DNA of 64,000 nucleotides, from NCBI GenBank assembly GCA_047967505.1, contig CM106538.1. One strand, given 5' to 3'. The position numbers and the translations under genes were made by a program. The notes under the pieces are model-generated. The model ran no database searches and was not told the DNA's origin. It saw nothing but the letters and a program-made list of their open reading frames with translations. This DNA is from Dipteris shenzhenensis. Lineage: Eukaryota. Positions 54,401-64,000 of this stretch are shown here, piece after piece. Position 1 is the first letter of the stretch; every line of letters begins with the position of its first letter.

Positions 54401-57350
54401 TACCAGAAAAGGCCTGCAGTGGAGTCATCCCGCTCACAGCCTTCGTGTAGCTACGATTCAGAATGTAAACTGCTGTGTTACATGCTTCAGCCCAGAAAGT
54501 CTTTGGCAAATCTTTCCCTTTCATCATACTCCTGCCCATTTCGCAGATGACGCGCATCTTGCGCTCTGCTACTCCATTTTGTTGTGATGTATGTGGCGGG
54601 GGTTTCTGCCTCTTGATCCCGTGACTTTTACAGTAACTTTCAAATTCACTTGATGTGAACTCACCACCTCTGTCTGATCTCAACTTTTTCACCTTCCTCC
54701 CTGTTTCTTTCTCGACCATTACGTGCCATTCTTTGAACTTACTAAAAGCCTCATCTTTAGTCTTCAAGAAGTATATCCATATCCTTTTACTGTAGTCGTC
54801 GATCAGCGTCATGAAGTAGTAGGAACCACCCAAAGCTTCTGTCTCCATCTTTCCGCAGAGGTCCGTGTGAACGAGCTCTAGAGGAGCCTTTGCCCTGCTG
54901 GCCTCTTTAGGAAAGGGCTGCCGATGCTGCTTGCCCATCATGCAAGCTTCACATACATTGGGCAGATCTGTAATTTCTTGTAGGTCTACAATCATTCCAC
55001 TTTTATGCATCTCCTTTAAAGAACTAAGGTTTAGATGACCAAACCTCTCATGCCACAGCTTAGTGTTCTTCACATCGGCTCGAGCACTGAAAGCTGAGAG
55101 TTCGTAGATGTTGCGCAGTGTACCTTTACCAACGACCTTCCCTTGAAGATCCAAAATCTGTGCACCATTCTTATCGAATTGAACTTTGAGGTCCCGATCC
55201 GTGATCGCAGAAATGGACAACAAGTTCCTCTTGATATCTGGCACATAAAGAACATCGGACAACTATTTTACAACTCCATCTGACTTGAGAGCAATCGTAC
55301 CTTTTCCTTTTATTGGACATTTTGCATCATTGCCGACTACTACCAGGATGTCATTCTCTACCGGATGTAGAGAGGTATACCAATCCTTCCAACTGGTCAT
55401 GTGGCGCGATGCACCACTGTCAATAATCCAAGGTTCTTCCGCAGGTACATGAACTTGCAAATCTCCTCTTCTCATCTGCAATCTGCTTGTGCCTTGCCTT
55501 GTTGCAATAGAAGCACTTGATCTTCTTCTTTCTCTTTTTATCATCTGAAGAAGATGGGTTACCAGAGTCCTTACCTTTACCTTTCTTTGATTCAGCATAA
55601 AAAGCCGAATCTTCTCCAGTCCTCGTCTTTTGACGCATCTCCTCCTCCAGAAGCATTGCGCTGAAATCCTCAAAGTTGAGGGACGGATTTCTGTTCTGCG
55701 TATTCAGCGCTGTAACAAGACCGTCGTACTTTGGTGGTAGAATCCGTATGCACCTTCGTGCTAGATTCTCGCTGGTGATGATGATGCCAATCGCAGGCAT
55801 CTGATCGCGCAGATTCTTCACCCTGGTGATGAACTTCTCTGCCACTTCAGACTCAGATGGTTTCTTGTTCGCGAGTTGAGTCTCTAGATTCTAAATCCGC
55901 GTCTGATTCGTGATCTCGTACTGATTCTTCAAGACCGTCCATGCCTCCTTCGCTGTGGTGACATGTTGAATTAACGCCATGACAGAATCACTTACACTGC
56001 AGACAAGAGAACACAGCGCATCTGTATTTCTTCTTGTCCACGCGAGAATCTCATCCGTAGTTGGTATTATCTGTTGTGCTGCATTGGCTGGATTCAGTCT
56101 CGCAACTGGCTTCAGGTCCACCCCAGTAGCAGTATCCCAAAGCTCGTATGCGCTTAGGATGGTCTTCATCTTGAACTTCCAGAGTGGATAGTTAGTGCCG
56201 TACAACTTTTCACTTTCGCCGAACGATGGGATTCGCAGTCTTGCGGGCTGGGCCATCACTCACAATCTGCTCACAAACAGGAACACACTACCAAATCTTC
56301 TTGCTAGAGCCCAAGCTCTGATACCATGTAAGAAAACAATACAACGTCTGTGCTCAACAGATAACAGGATCTCGTATGCAAGAGAGAAAAGCAGATACTA
56401 TGGAGAATCAAAAATTTGATTACTGTAAAACTGATACAATAGATGGTGCTGCCTCCCAGTCGTGCGCTCCTGTGAGAGAAGCTTCGATGGCGTGCTGGAA
56501 ACAGTAGAGGACGGAGGCTGGATGCTAAGGAATCAGGATTGCTGTAGCCAGTGATGATAATGGGCTTCACGGACTTGCTCTTATATAGCCACCAATCGTA
56601 GTCAGTTAGACCCAATTGGGTGACCGACCCAGTCCGCCCAAAATGGTTGACTGGGGATCGGTCCCGAAATAGGCCACCGACCACACGATAGAACCGTGGC
56701 GCAAAATAGAGCAACTGACCTACCGCGTCCATTCGGCCCAGAGCCATCCGAGATCATCTGGGGCTCCAAACGGGCCCCACAACCCGAGAGTGGGCTGCCC
56801 CGGGAAATACTCCGTCTACCCTCAGTGCAGTCAGTCATGGGATGCCTTCCTGCACTTGCATGTAGCCTAGTTGGCAGTGTGCCAACTCTCTCTGAAGCCG
56901 TCCAGCCATCAGGCCACACATGGCCCCCATTTGGTGTCCAAACCAAGACCTACCGGATAACCGAGCTACTCAAATGCCTTCTCCTCATATGAGGGGCTTA
57001 TAAGCAGAGTTAGCTAGTTCCCGCGTAGTTACACGAGAGTGGAGCATTGATATCTAACATTTCCACCATCCAGAAATACATTCTTCAAGACTACTTCATT
57101 TATTTCCAGCACCACTTGTGGACTTCGCACATAGGTGAGAACTACATAAGCTGAGCACTAGTTCACCATGGATCCATCTTCACCGGCTTCCTATAGAACG
57201 TGCCCATTTTTTTGACCTCCTGGCATTCATTTCAGGAATGCCATAATCTAATCCTTAATTTGTGGGGACAACAGAAAAAGTTGCCTGAGGTGATGTTGAG
57301 TAAGGTTGTATGATGGCCCTAGCTTCCACCATAGGATTAAAGATTACCTG
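51460..57350 (-). mobile_element. Ty3/gypsy aspartic protease remnant (51460-51958 and 57060-57350) interrupted by Copia
   Basis: Removing the Copia restores VVLKNVFLDGGKAINIMPKSTMVQLGL...PLGVVKGVPMQIGEVIFLSNFVVLDM. Confidence 0.75.
51959..57059 (-). mobile_element. Ty1/copia LTR retrotransposon, structurally complete but defective
   Basis: LTRs 51959-52648 and 56327-57059, TSD TTTCC, PBS 56315-56326, PPT ~52649-52659; gag, WIIDSGASRH, LWHERFGH, LRSDRGGEF, LYVDD; stops, frameshifts and RNase H mostly deleted. Confidence 0.97.
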
Positions 57351-57392
57351 AGGTGGGAGTCACGAGTCTAAGTATACTATCATCGTTTCTTG

Positions 57393-60300
57393 TTTTTTTC
57401 CCAGAGAAAAGAAATTCTATTAATGCTGAAAAAACAACCATACAAATCAGCAATCCAATAGACGCTGATAATGGGAAAAGAGATGCAAACTGGCTGTCAA
57501 AGAAACCAGACTGTTTCTAGGGAACCCCAACTCACTACCGAGGGAATCTCTGGAACAGGGGTTAACAACCAGGGTGCAGATCTATACATCCAACGAATAC
57601 CTCTCGCAGTAACAATATAAAAGATACCATGGCAAAAACGCTCCCGTCTCTCGATGGTCGCTCTAGAACCTGAAGTTCCGCGCTATCAAATGGCGTGCAG
57701 GGTGTATATAATATCCTGGCAAATGGTGACGAGGGTGGCTGCAGGGGGAACCTGACAGCCTCCCATCACAAAACTACAGTTGGCAAACCAGATGTTCCAG
57801 GCAGTAATGCTGGACACCGTCTCCCTAACAATATCCCCCAACGAAGGGAAAGGGCGCATGTGGGAAGGAGGTGTCGCATCATGCACCTCTATCCTGAGAA
57901 CTCGATGGACATGTAGGCTAGAGAGGCAAAGTCAAGCTGAAGGCGTGACCTCCCTTGTCAGCCATGCAGCCATCCCCAAAGTGAAGTCTCAATGCATCCT
58001 CTGCGTGTTGGCCACAATCCGAAGGGCTATACTATCCAGATCCTCTGCACCGCTAGGCAGCCTAGAGAAAATGAGGGATTGTCTCCAAATCTGTCTGTGC
58101 AAAGTGGCATCTACCATCTACCCGCACCTGCTTTGCCAAGGGGGCAAGCCTCCATGCACCACCATCCAGAAGAAATATGATATCTTCCAAGGCATGCAGC
58201 AATTGGTCCAGAGATGTGCCCAAAAATGGGAGAGAACCTCCAGGGGGACCTCTTGCTCCAATTAGTGGCACTCTCTCGAGGGACCAGGCTACCGCCTCCA
58301 ACTGAAGCCGCCACCGCATGTGAGTGGTGTAAGAGAAAAAGGGCACCTCCTCCACTATTTCTGAGCGCCCTACCTGAATGGGCCAAAACCACTCCCCCAG
58401 ATCACACTAAAACTCCTAAATAGGTTGGCCCTTACACAACCAAAGGCGCCATCTTGGTCCCTCCAATCCTGCCATGACTGGAACTGGGTTAATGATTCAA
58501 TCCTTGCCCAAGCAGCTTGCCTACTACCTTGACCCTCTGTCACTTGAGCGGATCCAAAACCTCATCAACTTCAAGGTCCCTCGCAGTCTCGAGTCGGAGG
58601 AGGCCCCCTAGGCCACACTCTGTAGAGTATACACAGGTAAGACCCAACGTCTACCAACAAAACTGGATCTTGAGAGGCACCCCGGTCCTAAAAAACTATC
58701 CAATGCATGAAGTTCTTGCTACAAGAAACCCAAGCTGCTGCTCCTCACCGACTCCCTAGCTGCCCCCTCTCCTCCCCTCCCTACCTCCCCTCTCCCTCCT
58801 CCCTCAGCCTCTCCTTGCCTCCCTCCCTCAGCCCCCTAACCCCGCTCCCTCAGCCCTCTCTCCCACCCTCTACACCCACCCCTTCTCCCACAGCTCAGCC
58901 CCCCTCCCCTGCCCTTTACACCCACCTCTCCCCCGCTCTCTCAGCCCTCTCCCCCGCCCTCTACCCCCGCTCCCTCAGCCCTCTGCCCCGCCCTCTACTC
59001 CCGCCCTTTCCCCTCCGCCACCCCAGCCCCTACCCTCGCCCCGTCTCTCCGTCACCCCCGCCCCCTACCTCCGCCTTATAACTCCGCCCCTTCAGCCCCT
59101 ACCTCCTCCCCCCTCCCCCTCCCCCGCCCCCGCCCCCCCCTCCTCCATCCTCTCCTCTTCCATCCCTTCAGCCCCTTTGCCTCTCCCCTTCCCTCCTCCT
59201 CCATCCCTTCTCCTCCATTCCATCCCCCCCCCCCCCCTAAACCTCTCCTTTTCAGCCTCCGCCCCCCCGCCTTCTTCCTCTCTCCGTCTCGTCCTCATCC
59301 TCTTCTTTATCCTAAGCGTTTTTTCAGTCGGACGGAGCTCATTAGTGTTCGAGTCGGCTTTTCCACCCCGATTGACGATGGCTCTGCCTTCAGCCAATCC
59401 TCGCCCCCTTCCACCGGCCGCGAAAACCATCACCTTTTCAAAAGACGAGTTGCAGCAGCTCAAAGATGATACAGAGCAAGAGAGCTCGACATCACTCTTT
59501 GCTCATATCCATGGGTCCCACCCTTCCACGTTACAGGCCAGGGATTGGATGCTCGCCGCTCTACCTGGAGACCTCGCAGGGCACCTCACTGATGTTCGTC
59601 TACTTGGGCGAGGTTTCTTCCAGATTGTTGTTGACTCCTCGGAGGTAGTAGGTACAGTGCTTCAGGCTAGCCCATTAGCACTATGCTCCAGGAGGATTTT
59701 TTTAACCCCTTTTTCATTGGGGTTTGATCCCGTCGAGGAGGACAGCCAGACAACATCACTCTTCATCAGATTTTCCAGCCTTCCACAGGTGTACCATCGA
59801 CTTCTGCATTCCATTGGAGCTGCCTTTGGAATGGTTACTGAGATCCCCCCTCTCCCTGAGATGCCTTCTTCAGCAACAAAGGCAGTCAGGTCCAATGGGG
59901 TACTGCGTGTTAGGGTCATTGTCTCTTACCCTAACATCTCAGATGACCACATTATGCTTCAGCGTCCAGAGGCTCCTTCTTCAGATAGAGAGTCGAGGTT
60001 GCAGGGAGATAGGATCAGTGTAGGATTTGCAAGACCCTTGGGCACTTTGCCAGAGATTGCCTAAGGAAAAGAAAGAAGAAAAGACCTAAAAGATCCACGG
60101 GTACACCTCATAGCTTCACCCGACCTGGACCTTCCTCATGACCAGATCCTATCACTTCACGCGCTACTAGAGCTTCGACTTCACAGCCAAGACCGTCAGC
60201 CTCTCGTCTTGGTACTTCTACAGCGTAGCCAGGACCATCAACCTCTCCTCCCGGTACTTCTTTAGCGCAGACAAGACAGTCAGCACGTCCTGTTTCGATC

Positions 60301-63300
60301 GTCTCCCGTTGAGTGCCTGTCAAATTTGGGGAGCTAGCTCCACCTCAGGCTACCACTAATGGCGCCACGGACCCATCTCTTCATGCAGGACACATTCCTA
60401 TCCTGGTTCCACGTGCAGATGAGACTACTCTTGCCCCTTCAGGTGTTCATATGCAGGAGCGCTCACCTAGGGAGATCCTCTCAACAGAGACCCGTGCCTT
60501 ACTTGAGAACAACGCCAAAGTTGTGGCCGAGGTCATGCAGATTCAGGCCGAGGTCATGCAGCATGCTGAGTTCTTGCAGCACCCCCTTCCCTCTCCTGCA
60601 CGTCTGTCTACATCTGACAGAGCTAAGGGGGTTATTGGTTCCAATCCTCCTTCCGTAGGGCTCCTTCGCACTCATGCACCAGAGGCACTTCGAAGGAATT
60701 CATTTTTTGTTATGGTAGACTTGGTTGAGTTTAAGGCAGAGGAGGAGTTTGTACCCTCTACGCTCGGGGGGCACATCTTTCAGACATCCATGGACAGAGT
60801 TTCACCCTCAGCTGGTGTGGGTGTGATATCCCCAATTGACTTCCCTCCTCTTGATAGGAGGAACTTTTCGTAGGAGAGGGTTTTCTCCGCTACCAGGTTG
60901 GGTAGGATCTTCCATCCGACCTCCTCCTCTCACAAATGAGGATTATCAGTTGGAATGTTCAGGGCCTCGGGGGTGTACCTCACCGCCGCTGTAGGTAGCT
61001 GATTCGTAACCATCTTCATCCAGGTGTTACTGGGGACCCATGGATATTTTGATGATTCAGAAACACAAATTGGATGTCACGAATTATGCCAAGTTGGGTA
61101 AGCTTCTTTCACGCCATACTTTTTGGTCACCTGCCTTGGGCACCAGGGGAGGTACTTGCATCTCTGTTTCTTCTTCTATACTCCCCTTGGTGATTGGACA
61201 CGAGATCACAGTCCCTTCCAGAGCTCAATGGATTATACTTTTGATTGGTGGGCATAAGGTTGGCCTTTCAAACCTTTATGCACCCAATCCTAGAGGGGAT
61301 CGTGTTCTTTTTTGGAAGGAACTGCTCTCTTGGTCACATATTGCAGATGCTTGGATTATAGGGGGCGATTTCAACATGGTTGAAATGCCCTCAGGCAAAA
61401 GGGGTGGTAGGGAAGGTGGTATTCACTCCCTAGAGAGAGCAACCTGGGATGCCTTCCTTTTTTAGTACAGTGGTAGGGATGCTTGGCACGATGATGCTTT
61501 TCACACTCAGCCACATTCTCTCATGTTTTCTTGGTCGAATAGGAGATTGTGGATGCCTATACATGCACGGATTGACAAATTTTATGTGGATGATTGGGCT
61601 CTTGACAGAGATGGTACTGTTTGCATTACAGCTGGGGTGATCATTCTCTAGTGGTTCTGATGGTCTCAGATCCTCATGTAAGGGGCCGCTCTGTTAGTGT
61701 AAGGATTCCAGATGCCTTTTATGCAAAGGAGGGCCTTACAGAGACAATGTTGAGGACCTGGGTATCTCATATGCAGGATGGGCAGCTTTCTCCTTCAGAC
61801 TTAGCCGCAACCCGCTCTAATATTAGCGACATTTATCTTTCAGTTGCTCGTATCAGGAGGGGTGATTTCCTCAAGCGTGAGATAGGTATCCGCCAACAGT
61901 TGGCTGCCCTCCAAAGGGAGTTGGATTTAGGAGCGCCTTGCTACAGCAAGGGCTCAGCAATAGTCACTTTTAGATCAGAGAGCAGAGTATGCCTTTCATG
62001 CCAGAGAGTCATTTTGGACTCAAATGGGAGGTAGGGTCAACAAGCAGTTCTTCTCTACTCTTGGCCCAAGACATAGTAGGGAGAGCGTCTCACAGCTTGT
62101 TGACATAGGCAGAGTTCTTCGGACACATCCAGATGCCGTCTTGCAAGTTGCCATCGATTTCTATGCCTCCCTTCGGGCCACAGATGATGCTAGAGTGGTT
62201 ATTTGGCGACACTTACCTCGGTAAGTGACAGGGGATATGACTGTCTCACTTGATGCACCCTTCACCAACGTAGAGTTTAGGACTGCTCTCTCTGCCCTTC
62301 ACAAGGGCAAGTGTCCTGCTTCAGATGGACTTACCCCCTTGTTTTTTATTACTTTTTAGGATCAAATTGGGGATCACATTAACTCACCCCACAAGGTGTA
62401 TGGGACTCAGGTGAGATGCCAGACTCACTTACGGAGGGCCTCATTTGATTCCGAAAGGGGGTTTCAGGAATCTAGTGTCTCACTGGAGACTGATTACCTT
62501 GTATAAAATCCTAGCTAAAGCTATCAGCCTTCGTCTGCAGCCCTTTCTCCCATATCTTATCCATGATACACAGACGGGTTTTGTGCATGGCAGGAGCATC
62601 TTTGATAACATCTCCTCATTTTGGGAGGCTTCAGATTGGGCCATGCATAATGGCCACAGGCTGGCCATTCTACTCTTGGACTTTGAGAAAGCTTATGACA
62701 GGGTAGACTAGGGCTTTCTAGAAGGCACACTTACTCGCTTTGGTTTCTCAGATGCATGGATCAAAGGGGTGTCAGCCCGCATTGCAGCTTGGCATATTTG
62801 GAGAGCCAGGTGTACAGAGGCTATGGAGGGTATCCAGGTTCACCCTTCCCACGCTATGGCTAGTATTTGGACCGACACAGTACACACTCTAATGGCCATA
62901 TGGGCGAGTCTGAGTCTCCCTCAGGATTGAGGTGGCATTTTCAGCCTCCGCCTCGGTTTTTTATTAGCTCATTTTGAGCTTTTTTTTCCTCATGCATTGC
63001 ATGATGTACTCCCGCATTTGAGCTTGCTCTCGCGGTTTTCATTTATACTTCATGAAGTAATTTTCTTGAAGAAACGAAAAAAAAACTATCCATACTAGTG
63101 ATGGGAATCCCTATGTCAATTTCTACCATTCACGTGCCTTCCCCCCTCAAATGAGAGAGTGCCTACTCGCATGACTCTACCTCCATGGAAAGGCGGCTCC
63201 AAGTCCCAAACGACCTAGCTAAGCCAGTATCCCCCTGAGCCCAATCGAAGTGTGTCCACTAGCCAAGAATAAGTCCCTCCCGATCCCTAACCTCCACATG

Positions 63301-63312
63301 CCAAATGAGTGG
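57393..63312 (-). mobile_element. LINE 3' portion (zf-RVT region; 57393-58702 and 63093-63312), host of a nested LINE
   Basis: T-run at ~57393; WMVVHGGLPLG, DGRCHF...LETIPHF, AWNIWFANC; PLIWHVEV beyond the insertion. Confidence 0.7.
58703..63092 (+). mobile_element. L1-type LINE with ORF1 and ORF2, internally deleted
   Basis: ORF1 RLLGRGFFQI and CRICKTLGHFARDC; ORF2 MRIISWNVQGLG, IGGDFN, GDHS, LLDFEKAYDRVD; poly(A) at ~63077; 13-bp TSD AAAAAACTATCCA at 58690-58702 and 63080-63092. Confidence 0.92.
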
Positions 63313-64000
63313 TGTCACGGGGACGTGAAAAGTGATGTAAAGTATCTTTGTAACTCAACCCACGCTTAACCCGAGGTTAACCATGGTTAAGTGTAGTGAT
63401 GGTTTGGCCATGAGGAAGAGGGCCAGCAAAGGGCCCTTATATAGGGCTGCCTGCATAAAGTCGGCCAGGGGGGGGCAGAAAGTCGGCCAGAATGAGGATG
63501 CTGGTCGGTGGATTTCCAGCCCCTTGGGGGCTATATAAAGGGGCCATTGTGCCCTCACAATTCATCCAGCACTCCAGCAAATCCAGTTGCTATAGATAGA
63601 GCTCAAGAGGGCTGGTACCTTGGCTGTCTCCTAGGGCAGCAAGGAGCTGAGGTCAAAGGATGGAGAGTCTACATATGCTCAAGGTGGAGCACGCAGGCTC
63701 GAGTCTAGAGATATCCGGCAGATAGTAGAAGCACCTTGTGGTAAGATCAAAGTACCACGCTCTGGTGGAGCTTTGGATCTATCTCTCTTTTCTTGTGTCC
63801 ATAGTTTTGGACGGAAATATATTATTTTGGTAGCTTCTATATCTGGCTGGTTCATTATCTATTGACGAGTCTGCACATCTATGATGCACATCGTTTAAGA
63901 AGTTAGTGATCCACTCCCACACACACACAATGTGAGCTCTTGGGCTATTCTATCAGTCTTCTGCTATGCATACCCTCTGTTGGTCGATTTCTAACAGAAA
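63313..64000 (+). mobile_element. Probable LTR running off the window end
   Basis: Starts TGTCAC exactly where LINE homology stops; CTATATAAAG at ~63531. Confidence 0.55.

Noticed and set aside
58707-59463. Pro-rich and Gly-rich ORFs
   Set aside because: Artefacts of the C-rich LINE 5' UTR

Overview
Repeat-rich land-plant nuclear DNA (spliceosomal introns, Met-tRNA-primed LTR elements, LINEs; a large-genome plant such as a fern is my inference, not shown). Host genes are limited to exon 1 of an SKIP1-like F-box gene (left edge, - strand) and a probable terminal exon near 50.8 kb. The standout is a decayed, intron-containing gene at about 2.4-5.8 kb that can be reassembled into a ParB/Srx-like domain fused to a bacterial/phage-type beta-class amino-(N6-adenine/N4-cytosine) DNA methyltransferase (DIPY ... 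PYQKP ... NLFASSGT). The rest is nested transposons: a Copia element split by a ~17.5 kb inversion (matching LTRs and TSD), two Helentron-type (Rep-helicase-AP endonuclease) copies flanking an RPA1-like pseudogene, two young non-autonomous LTR elements, a solo LTR, a near-complete Copia, Gypsy remnants and a LINE nested in a LINE. All family assignments come from motif recognition by eye; no database searches were run.
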